A stretch of 64,000 nt of DNA from an uncultured Gemmatimonadales bacterium (GTDB taxonomy: Bacteria; Gemmatimonadota; Gemmatimonadetes; Longimicrobiales; RSA9): contig OY970192.1 in NCBI GenBank assembly GCA_963708135.1, positions 256,001 to 320,000 of the forward strand, read 5' to 3'. The notes below the pieces were generated by a model. That model was given only the letters and a program-made list of their open reading frames with translations. It was not told the DNA's origin and did no database searches. Every line of letters starts with the position of its first letter. Positions within the stretch are counted from its first letter, which is position 1. The translations under genes and the position numbers were made by a program. Below are positions 27,701-35,989 of this stretch, in pieces.

Positions 27701-29341
27701 GTGATCCGCAACGACAGAAAAGCCGCTCGCGCGGGCGTCCGCGACCGGCCGGCATGGCGGGACCTGGCCACCCGGCTGGCCAGCGTCCTGCTCGCCCTGA
27801 CCGCGGCCGCCTGCGCGGCGACGCCCACGAACCCGCCCGTCACGGGCGTCCCCACGCCGGGGCGCCCCACCCTCGATCCGACCTACCGCCCCAGCGGGCA
27901 CATGGCCGCGGGCGACGCTTTCGTCCAGCTCTTCGAGTGGAAGTGGACGGACATCGCGGACGAGTGCGAGCGCGTGCTCGGCCCCGCCGGCTTCCGCGCG
28001 GTGCAGGTCTCGCCGCCCGAGGAGCACAGCATGGAGCCGAACCACACCTGGGCCGAGCGCTACCAGCCGGTCAGCTACAGCATCGCGCGCAGCCGTTCCG
28101 GCACGGGCGCGGAGTTCACGGACATGGTCCAGCGCTGCCACGCGGCGGGCGTGGACATCTACGTGGATGCGATCCTGAACCACATGACCAATACGCCGAG
28201 CCCGGGCGTCGGGAGCAACGGCACCGCGTACACGAAGTACTCCTACCCCGGGCTCTACTCGCCCTCCGACTTCCACCCGCCGTGCACGGTGAGCGACTAC
28301 ACGAGCGCGGCCAATGTGCAGGACTGCGAGCTGTTCGGCCTGCCCGACCTGAACACCGGGCTGCCCGCCGTCCGGCAGAAGATCGCGGGCTACCTCATCA
28401 TGCTCGCGCGGCTGGGCGTGGCGGGCTTCCGGATCGACGCCGCCAAGCACATCCAGCAGGTCGAGCTGGACGAGATCTTCACGCTCGTGGACTCCACCCT
28501 GAGCGCCGAGGGGCGGCCGGTGCCGTACTATTTCCTCGAGATCAGCACGGGGGCGGGCGAGGCGCTCGGGCCGCGCGACTACTTCGGCGAGGCGTACCGC
28601 TCGGGCGGCGCGGCGGACATCACCGAGTTCACCTTCACCGGCGTGGGCGACAAGTTCCTCGGCACCGGCGGCCAGCACATCTCGCAGCTGAGCCCCGACG
28701 GGCCGGCCGGCAGCCAGTTCTCTCCGACGGCCTGGGGACTGATGCCCTCCGACAAGGCCGTGGTCTTCCTCGAGAACCACGATACACAGCACGGCAACGC
28801 GATCGGCTACCGCGACGGCCAGGTCTTCCGCCTGGCCAATGTGTGGATGCTCGCGCAGCCCTACGGCTACCCGAAGTCCCTGTCCAGCTACGCCTTCATC
28901 CGCCCCGCCGAGAACGACAGGGGGCCGCCCTCGGACGCCGCCGGCAATACCGAGGACGTGACGTGCGCCGCGAGCCTCGAGACCGCCCGCGACGGCGACT
29001 GGGTGTGCGAGCACCGCGACCCCTACATCCTGCCAATGGTCGGCTTCCGGAAGCTCGTGGCGGGGACGCCCGAGACCCACTGGTGGGACGACGGCGCGAA
29101 CGCCATCGCGTTCTCGCGCGGCGGCGCGGGCTTCGTGGCGATCAGCCGCGAGGACACCACGGTGACGGCGAGCGTCGCCACCGGGATGCCGCCCGGCAGC
29201 TACTGCGACCTGCTCACCGGCGGCGCCGGCGCCGGCGCCGGCTGTGCCGGGGCCGCCATCGTCGTGGATTCCGCCGGCGCCGTCCGGCTCGACCTCGCCC
29301 CGAACACCGCCCTTGCCATCGACACCGCCACGCGGCGCTGA
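27701..29341 (+). CDS. GH13 alpha-amylase lipoprotein, animal/Alteromonas/Streptomyces-like (start uncertain)
   Basis: Lipobox TAAAC; FVQLFEWKW, VQVSPP, ERYQPVSY, DAILNH, GFRIDAAKH, FLENHD, WVCEHR. Confidence 0.92.
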   Translation: MIRNDRKAARAGVRDRPAWRDLATRLASVLLALTAAACAATPTNPPVTGVPTPGRPTLDPTYRPSGHMAAGDAFVQLFEWKWTDIADECERVLGPAGFRAVQVSPPEEHSMEPNHTWAERYQPVSYSIARSRSGTGAEFTDMVQRCHAAGVDIYVDAILNHMTNTPSPGVGSNGTAYTKYSYPGLYSPSDFHPPCTVSDYTSAANVQDCELFGLPDLNTGLPAVRQKIAGYLIMLARLGVAGFRIDAAKHIQQVELDEIFTLVDSTLSAEGRPVPYYFLEISTGAGEALGPRDYFGEAYRSGGAADITEFTFTGVGDKFLGTGGQHISQLSPDGPAGSQFSPTAWGLMPSDKAVVFLENHDTQHGNAIGYRDGQVFRLANVWMLAQPYGYPKSLSSYAFIRPAENDRGPPSDAAGNTEDVTCAASLETARDGDWVCEHRDPYILPMVGFRKLVAGTPETHWWDDGANAIAFSRGGAGFVAISREDTTVTASVATGMPPGSYCDLLTGGAGAGAGCAGAAIVVDSAGAVRLDLAPNTALAIDTATRR

Positions 29342-29392
29342 GCGCCGCCGGGTGAAGACGCCAGGCGCGGCCGCGCCGCTGGCCGCGAGTCG

Positions 29393-31465
29393 GTGAAGAC
29401 CCTCATGCCCGCTCGCGCCGCCGCCCTCGCCCTCGCCCTCGTCGTCCTCCTGGCCGGCGTGCGCGCGGCCGCCGCGCAGCAGGCCGGGGCCGGCGTGCCG
29501 CAGTCGGCCCGCGTCGCCTCCCCGGATGGACGTACGGTGGTCACGGTCGAGACGCGGGATGGTGGGCTCTACTACGCCATCGAGCGCGACGGCCGGCCGC
29601 TGCTGGTCCCGTCCCGCCTCGGCTTTGCCTTCAGCGGCGGCGACTCGCTCTACGCCGCGCTGCGCATCACCGGCACGGCCCGCGATTCGGCGGACACGAC
29701 GTGGACGCAGCCGTGGGGGCAGGTCTCGCGGGTGCGCGACCACCACAACGAGCTGCGAGTCCGTGTGGCCGAGGACCGGCCGCCCGGGCGCGGCTTCGCG
29801 GTGGTATTGCGCGTCTTCGATGATGGCGTCGGCTTCCGCTACGAGGTCTCCGACAGCGGCGGCTTCCACGATTTCCAGATGATGGAGGAGCTGACCGAGT
29901 TCGCCATGGCGGACAACGCGAAGGCGTGGTGGATCCCGGCCGACATCCCCGCGGACGACCGGCAGGAGTTCCTCTACTCGGAGAGCCCGGTCAGCCGGCT
30001 GGACACGGTGAACGTGCCGCTCACGATGGAGGTGACGGACGGGCCCGTCGTCGCCATCCACGAGGCCGACCTCGAGGACTACGCGGGGATGTATCTGGCG
30101 CGCACGGGGCCGCGAACCCTGCGCACCACGCTGGCGAAGTGGAAGGACGGCGTCGCCGTGAAGGGGACGGCGCCGTTCACGACGCCGTGGCGCATGCTCG
30201 AGATCGCGGACAGCGCGGGCGGGCTCGTGCCGGACGTGCTCGAGCTGAACCTGAACCCGCCCAGCCGGATCACCGACGCGAGCTGGATCCGGCCCATGAA
30301 GTACGACGGCATCTGGTGGGGCATGCAGATCGGGCTCTACACCTGGGCCGAGGGCCCGCGCCACGGCGCCACGACGGCGCGCGCCGAGCGCTACATCGAC
30401 TTCGCCGCCGCGAACGGCCTGGCCGGCACGCTGGTGGAGGGGTGGAACGTCGGCTGGGGGCCGCAGCACGTGCCGTTCTCGTACACGCAGGCCTCCCCCG
30501 ATTACGAGCTTCCGGCGGTTGCGGCGTACGCGCGCAGCAAGGGCGTGGCGCTGATCGCGCACAACGAGACGTTCGAGAACGTGACGAACTACGAGCGCCA
30601 GCTCGACGACGCGTTCTCGCTCTACCAGCGGCTGGGCATCCACGCGGTGAAGACCGGCTACGTGGGGGACAGGACGGACACCGGCGAGTCCCATCAGGGG
30701 CAGTACATGGTGCGCCACCAGCGCCACGTCATCGAGGCGGCGGCGCGGCACCACCTCATGCTCGATGTCCACGAGCCGATCCGGGACACGGGCGAGCGCC
30801 GCACCTGGCCCGACATCATGACCCGCGAGGGCGCGCGCGGGCAGGAGTACAACGCATTCGGCCCGGCGGGCGGCAACCCGCCGGAGCACGAGACGATCCT
30901 CTTCTTCACCCGCATGCTCGCCGGGCCGATGGACTTCACGCCCGGCATCTTCGACCTCTTCGTGAAGAGCGCGAACGGCACACCGCGCACCCCCGAGCAG
31001 CCGCGCCCGCGCAGCACGCTGGCCCGGCAGCTCGCGCTCTACGTCGTCCTCTACTCGCCCATGCAGATGGCGGCGGACCTGCCGGAGAACTACGAGGGGC
31101 AGCCGGCCTTCCAGTTCATCCGCGACGTGGCCGTGGACTGGGACACGACGCGCGTCCTCGCCGGCAGGATCGGCGACTACGTCATCGTCGCCCGCCGGCA
31201 GCGCGGCTCCCCAACCTGGTTCCTCGGCGCGATCACGGACGAGCAGGCGCGCACCTTTGACGTGCCGCTCACGTTCCTCGCGCCGGGGAGGCGCTACGTG
31301 GCCGAGATCTACGCGGACGGGCCGGGCGCCTCCTGGCGGGACCGCCCCCTGGCCATAGCCATCCGCCGGCGTGGGGTGGACGCCGGCTCCAGCCTGCATA
31401 TCGTCATGGCGGCGGGCGGCGGCGAGGCGGTCCGCATCCGGCCGGCCGGAGCGGAGGACCGATGA
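29393..31465 (+). CDS. susB: GH97 alpha-glucosidase/glucoamylase (SusB-like)
   Basis: DDGVGFRY, WIRPMKYDGIWWGM, YIDFAA, LVEGWNVGW, VKTGYVG, TREGARGQEYN, GPMDFTPG. Confidence 0.93.
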   Translation: MKTLMPARAAALALALVVLLAGVRAAAAQQAGAGVPQSARVASPDGRTVVTVETRDGGLYYAIERDGRPLLVPSRLGFAFSGGDSLYAALRITGTARDSADTTWTQPWGQVSRVRDHHNELRVRVAEDRPPGRGFAVVLRVFDDGVGFRYEVSDSGGFHDFQMMEELTEFAMADNAKAWWIPADIPADDRQEFLYSESPVSRLDTVNVPLTMEVTDGPVVAIHEADLEDYAGMYLARTGPRTLRTTLAKWKDGVAVKGTAPFTTPWRMLEIADSAGGLVPDVLELNLNPPSRITDASWIRPMKYDGIWWGMQIGLYTWAEGPRHGATTARAERYIDFAAANGLAGTLVEGWNVGWGPQHVPFSYTQASPDYELPAVAAYARSKGVALIAHNETFENVTNYERQLDDAFSLYQRLGIHAVKTGYVGDRTDTGESHQGQYMVRHQRHVIEAAARHHLMLDVHEPIRDTGERRTWPDIMTREGARGQEYNAFGPAGGNPPEHETILFFTRMLAGPMDFTPGIFDLFVKSANGTPRTPEQPRPRSTLARQLALYVVLYSPMQMAADLPENYEGQPAFQFIRDVAVDWDTTRVLAGRIGDYVIVARRQRGSPTWFLGAITDEQARTFDVPLTFLAPGRRYVAEIYADGPGASWRDRPLAIAIRRRGVDAGSSLHIVMAAGGGEAVRIRPAGAEDR

Positions 31466-33138
31466 AGGCGACGACGTGGCTGGCCGTGGTCCCCGCGAGC
31501 CTCGCGCTCGCGGCGTGCGCCGGGCGCGCCCCGCGGGCGGAGACGCCGGACGATACACGCGTGGCGCCACCCGCGCGGGCCGTGGCGGCGGGCTCCGACA
31601 GCGTGCCCGGCTGGGAGCGCGGCGGCACCTGCTACGAGATCTTCATCCGTTCCTTCGAGGACAGCGACGGCGATGGCATCGGCGACCTGAAGGGACTCAC
31701 CGCGAAGCTCGACTACGTGAACGACGGTGACCCGGCCACGAGCAGCGATCTGGGCGCTTCCTGCATCTGGCTCATGCCTGTGTCGCCGTCCCCGAGCTAT
31801 CACGGCTACGACGTCACCGACTACTACGGCGTGGAGCCGGACTACGGTACGAAGGAGGACTTCAGGCGCTTCGTGGCCGCCGCGCACCGTCGCGGCATCG
31901 CGGTGATCATCGACATGGTGCTGAACCACAGCTCGAGCCGGCACCCCTATTTCCAGGCGGCGCTCCGCGACACCGCCTCGCCCTACCGCGCCTGGTACCG
32001 CTTCGCGCCAGAGCCGCTCGGGAAGGGGCCGTGGGGCGGGGAGGCCTGGCGCCGCTCGCCGGTCCGCGACGAGTACTACTACGCCATCTTCTCCCCTGGC
32101 ATGCCCGACCTGGACTACCACACGCCGGCGGTGCGCGCGGAGGGGAAGAAGATTGCCGCCTACTGGTTGCGGGAGATGGGCGTGGACGGCTTCCGCCTCG
32201 ACGCCGTGCAGTACCTGCTGGAGGACGGCCCCTGCGAGATGGACTGCGCCGGCACGCACGCCTACCTGCGCGAGTACGTGGACTCGATCCACGCGATCGA
32301 CCCGCGCGCCTTCACGGTGGGCGAGGTCTGGGACAGCATCGGCGCGCTGCTGCCGTACTATCCGGACCAGCTCACCTCCTACTTCGTCTTTCCGCTCTCC
32401 GACTCGATCCTCGGGGCGGTCCGGACGGACACCGCCCGCGGGCTGCTGCCGGGGTTCCTCCGGCTCCAGGACACGCTGCCGCCATACCGCTATTCGCCGC
32501 TCCTCGGCAATCACGACATGAAGCGCGCGCTCACCGCGCTGGGAGGCGACGTCGCCCGGGCGAAGCTCGCCGCGACCCTCCTCCTAACCCTGCCCGGCCT
32601 GCCTTTTGTCTATTACGGCGAGGAGCTCGGCATGAGCGGCGACAAGCCGGACCCGCGGCTCCGGACGCCAATGCAGTGGGCGCCGGAGCGCGGCGTCGGC
32701 TTCACGGCCGGCACCCCCTGGGAGCCGCCCCAGCCCGACTCCATGACCACCAACGTTCAGGTCGAGGATGCGGACCCCGGCTCGATGCTGAACCTCTACC
32801 GTCGCCTGATCCACCTGCGCGCCGGCGACCCCGCGCTCGGCGTCGGGCGGCTGGTCCCGCTCACCGCCACGAGCCCGCACGTCGCGGCCTACGTGCGCCG
32901 AGACGGCGAGCGCGCCGTGCTGGTGGTGGCGAACCTGGGAAGCGCCGCGGCCGCCGGCGTGACGATCGCCTCGGCTCCCGGCGCGCTGCCGCCAGGGCGC
33001 TACGCCGCGCGCAACCTGCTCGGAGGGGCGGACGGGGCGGAGTTGGGGGTGGGGGCTGACGGGAGGATCCGCGGGTACGCGCCGGCGCGGGCGCTCGGGC
33101 CGGTGAGCGCACTGGTGCTCTCGCTCATCCGGCGCTGA
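31462..33138 (+). CDS. GH13 alpha-amylase family lipoprotein
   Basis: Lipobox LALAAC; YEIFIRSFEDSDGDGIGDL, YHGYDVTDY, DMVLNH, DGFRLDAV, VGEVW, GNHD, YYGEELGM. Confidence 0.93.
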   Translation: MKATTWLAVVPASLALAACAGRAPRAETPDDTRVAPPARAVAAGSDSVPGWERGGTCYEIFIRSFEDSDGDGIGDLKGLTAKLDYVNDGDPATSSDLGASCIWLMPVSPSPSYHGYDVTDYYGVEPDYGTKEDFRRFVAAAHRRGIAVIIDMVLNHSSSRHPYFQAALRDTASPYRAWYRFAPEPLGKGPWGGEAWRRSPVRDEYYYAIFSPGMPDLDYHTPAVRAEGKKIAAYWLREMGVDGFRLDAVQYLLEDGPCEMDCAGTHAYLREYVDSIHAIDPRAFTVGEVWDSIGALLPYYPDQLTSYFVFPLSDSILGAVRTDTARGLLPGFLRLQDTLPPYRYSPLLGNHDMKRALTALGGDVARAKLAATLLLTLPGLPFVYYGEELGMSGDKPDPRLRTPMQWAPERGVGFTAGTPWEPPQPDSMTTNVQVEDADPGSMLNLYRRLIHLRAGDPALGVGRLVPLTATSPHVAAYVRRDGERAVLVVANLGSAAAAGVTIASAPGALPPGRYAARNLLGGADGAELGVGADGRIRGYAPARALGPVSALVLSLIRR

Positions 33139-33297
33139 ACCGGCTCGGGCAGGTGGAGGTGTCGGGGTCGGGTGCACCGGGGGGGAGACCCGCGGACCCC
33201 GCAGCGGCCGCGAGCGTCGCCCGGTCTCCCACTCTCCCACTCTCGCCGCTCGGCCCGCTCTCCCCGTCCAGCCCCACTCCCCCCCCCCACCCCTCGA

Positions 33298-34725
33298 TCA
33301 GCTCTCGACCCCGTCCTCACCCTCCATGAGCCCGCTGCTCGGCACCGGCTGCACGGCCTCCTGCACGCCCAGCGGCTCCGTCTCGTCGGCCTCGAGCATG
33401 CGCGCCTCGGGGACGAGCTCGGCGCCGACGTCCTGGACCAGCATCATGGCGGCGGCGGCGGCGAACATGCAGACGCCGCCGAGCATCACCATGTAGAGAG
33501 ACGCGTTCGGGTTGTCCCGTCCCCACGCGGCGCGGATCAGCGGGCCGAAAGCGAGCGAGGCGATGATCTCGGGGATCACGATGAAGAAGTTGAAGATACC
33601 CATGTAAACGCCCATGCGGCGGGCGGGCAGGGCGCCGGAGAGGATGGCGTAGGGCATGGCGAGGATCGAGGCCCAGGCGATCCCGACGCCGACCATGGTG
33701 AGCAGCAGCAGGTAGCGGTCGTGCACGAGGTAGACCGCGAGCAGCCCGAGGCCGCCGCAGACGAGGGCGAGCGCGTGCGTCGCCTTGCGACTCGTCGCCT
33801 CGGCCAGCTTCGGCAGCGCGAACGCCACCGCGAAGCAGGTGATCGAGTAGAACGCGAAGGCGAAGCCGCCCCACTCGATGCCGCGCGTGTAGAGGTCGCT
33901 CTGCGGGTCCGTTGCGCCGAACACGTGGCGCGCCACGGCGGGCACGAAGAACAGCCACATGCAGTAGAGGCCGAGCCAGGTGAGGAGCTGCACGACGGCC
34001 AGCTGCTTCATGGTGGCGGGCATCTCGCGGATCGACTCGCCGATCTCGCGCAGCAGCGGCCCGAGCCAGCCCGCGCCGTGCTCGGACCAGCGCAGCTCGG
34101 CGGGATCCTCGGGCGGGTACTCGCTGCTCGTGGCCACGGTCCACAGCACCGCGACGAGGAACGCCACCGCGCCCGCCATGAACGAGTACTTGACCGAGAG
34201 CGGGATCCCGCTCGCCGTGCTGCCGGTCACCCCCAGCCAGGACAGCAGGAACGGCAGCGCGTTGGCCAGGCTCGCGCCGATCCCGATGAAGAAGGACTGG
34301 ATCACGAAGCCGGCCGTGCGCTGGCTCGACGGCAGCTTGTCCGCCACGAAGGCCCGGAACGGCTCCATCGAGACGTTGATCGAGGCGTCCAGGATCCACA
34401 GCAGCGTGGCCGCCATCCAGAGCGCGCTCGACATCGGCATGAGGAAGAGCGCGACGGACGCCAGGATGGCGCCGGTCAGGAAATAGGGCCGGCGCCGGCC
34501 GAGCCGCCCCCACGTCCGGTCGCTCAGCGCGCCCACGACCGGCTGCACGAGCAGCCCCGTCACCGGCGCGGCCAGCCAGAGCAGCGGCACCTGGTCGGGG
34601 CGCGCGCCCAGCCGCTCGTAGATGGCCGACATGTTGGCCAGCTGCAGCCCCCAGCCGAACTGGATGCCGAGGAAGCCGAAGCTCATGTTGAACATGGCCG
34701 GATAGCTCAGCCGCGGCTTCTTCAT
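33298..34725 (-). CDS. MFS sugar transporter (maltose/sucrose, SLC45-like)
   Basis: NMSFGFLGIQFGWGLQ, LWLAAPVTGLLVQP, GRRRPYF, DASINVSMEPFRA, MGVYMGIFNFFIVIP. Confidence 0.93.
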   Translation of the reverse strand: MKKPRLSYPAMFNMSFGFLGIQFGWGLQLANMSAIYERLGARPDQVPLLWLAAPVTGLLVQPVVGALSDRTWGRLGRRRPYFLTGAILASVALFLMPMSSALWMAATLLWILDASINVSMEPFRAFVADKLPSSQRTAGFVIQSFFIGIGASLANALPFLLSWLGVTGSTASGIPLSVKYSFMAGAVAFLVAVLWTVATSSEYPPEDPAELRWSEHGAGWLGPLLREIGESIREMPATMKQLAVVQLLTWLGLYCMWLFFVPAVARHVFGATDPQSDLYTRGIEWGGFAFAFYSITCFAVAFALPKLAEATSRKATHALALVCGGLGLLAVYLVHDRYLLLLTMVGVGIAWASILAMPYAILSGALPARRMGVYMGIFNFFIVIPEIIASLAFGPLIRAAWGRDNPNASLYMVMLGGVCMFAAAAAMMLVQDVGAELVPEARMLEADETEPLGVQEAVQPVPSSGLMEGEDGVES

Positions 34726-35063
34726 GCGGTGGGTCTCCGCTGGTGGGGGGAGGCGCCGGACGCGCCCGGAACTCTAGTGCGCCGAAGCGGTTCCGAGCAA
34801 GGCTCGCCAGGCGACGAGGGGGCGGGGGGCCGCGGCGGTGCCGGGCGCGCCACGGGACGCCCGCCGGCGCAGGGGGAGCCGGGTCGCGAGGCCGAACATT
34901 TCTGCCATTTCGTCGATGTTCGCGAGGCGCCCTCGCAGTTCGAGCCGCTATGCGGACCAAAATCCCGCTCCGCGCCGGCGTGTGTTCGACGCGACGGGGG
35001 TTTGATCCATATAGGCGCCATTTCTGCGATCGCGTCCCGGAGACCTCGACGATCGGGGACTTT

Positions 35064-35141
35064 GGTCCGCCCGTCGCGGCGCTCGGCTCCGCCCGGGTCA
35101 CGGGCCCCTCGCGGCCGTTCGGTCCGCCCGTCGCGGCGCTC
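35064..35141. repeat. 21-bp direct repeat pair
   Basis: GGTCCGCCCGTCGCGGCGCTC at 35064-35084 and 35121-35141. Confidence 0.8.
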
Positions 35142-35178
35142 TGCTCCCGGTCCGGTCGCGGCCGGGTCGCGGGCGCGC

Positions 35179-35985
35179 TCACGTCCCGGTCTTCGTCCAG
35201 ATCAGGATGGCGCCGCACGCGCCGCCGGTCGCGCCCTGGAACTCGTAAGGCATCTCGGCGGGGCCGGCGTAGACCTCGATGGCGGCCACGTCGGCCAGAG
35301 GCACGACGTCGTCGAGGCCCTCGGTCGGGCTGCTCATGTCGTGGAACATGCCGTTGACGTAGATGGCCGGGGTGCACGAGCGGGTGAGGGAGATCCGGCC
35401 GCGCGTGGACTCGACGATGTAACCGCTGCCTCTGGCGCGCGGCACGACCCGGATGCCGAGCACGCCGCGCAGCGCGTCGCTGAGCCCCTGCCCGCGCTCG
35501 ACCTTGTGCGCGAGCGGCTCTCCGGTAATGAAGGTCCCGGCAAGCGCGCGCCGACGGCTGTAGAAGCCCGACCGCTTCAGGGCGGCGTCCTGCCGGCGCG
35601 CCTCGACCTCGACGGGCGGCAGCTCTACGGGGGCGGGGAGCAGCGCCACGTCGGCGCGCACGTCCGCGCGGGCGCCGAAGCCGATGCGCAGCCGTTCGGT
35701 CTGGTAGCCGAGCAGCTCGATGGCGACGAGGTGCTCGCCCGGCGCGATCCCCCCAACGATGACCTGCCCGTTGGCGTCGCTGGTGCCGCGCTGCCTGCCG
35801 CCGTCGAGGAGGATGGCGGCGGTGGCGAGAGGGCGGCCGGTCTCGTAGGCCGTGACGGTGACGCGCAGGGTCGCGCTGCCGCCGCCGGCGGCGCGCTGCC
35901 CCGCGAGCGCTCCCGGCAGGGCGGCCAGCGCGATCGCCAGCGGTGCGGCACGGCGGAGCGCCGGGAGCGTGCGGACAACTCCCAC
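35179..35985 (-). CDS. Carboxypeptidase-regulatory-like domain plus TonB plug-like domain protein, no beta-barrel
   Basis: Signal peptide; TSDANG..LLGY..VELPPVEV; GFYSRR; CTPAIYVNG; DVAAIEVY; ends CGAILIWTK. Confidence 0.8.
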   Translation of the reverse strand: MGVVRTLPALRRAAPLAIALAALPGALAGQRAAGGGSATLRVTVTAYETGRPLATAAILLDGGRQRGTSDANGQVIVGGIAPGEHLVAIELLGYQTERLRIGFGARADVRADVALLPAPVELPPVEVEARRQDAALKRSGFYSRRRALAGTFITGEPLAHKVERGQGLSDALRGVLGIRVVPRARGSGYIVESTRGRISLTRSCTPAIYVNGMFHDMSSPTEGLDDVVPLADVAAIEVYAGPAEMPYEFQGATGGACGAILIWTKTGT

Positions 35986-35989
35986 CGCG

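Noticed and set aside
27569..31570. 1333-aa minus-strand ORF and similar long antisense ORFs (620-2401, 33172-36093, 38650-41451, 42033-44927, 44473-47823, 54507-56573)
   Set aside because: Shadow ORFs opposite well-supported genes, expected at high GC3, with no recognisable motifs.
21200..34725. Genomic island integrated at tRNA-Ala carrying the starch locus
   Set aside because: I saw no integrase and no duplicated tRNA 3' end, and host-type octamer repeats lie inside the locus.
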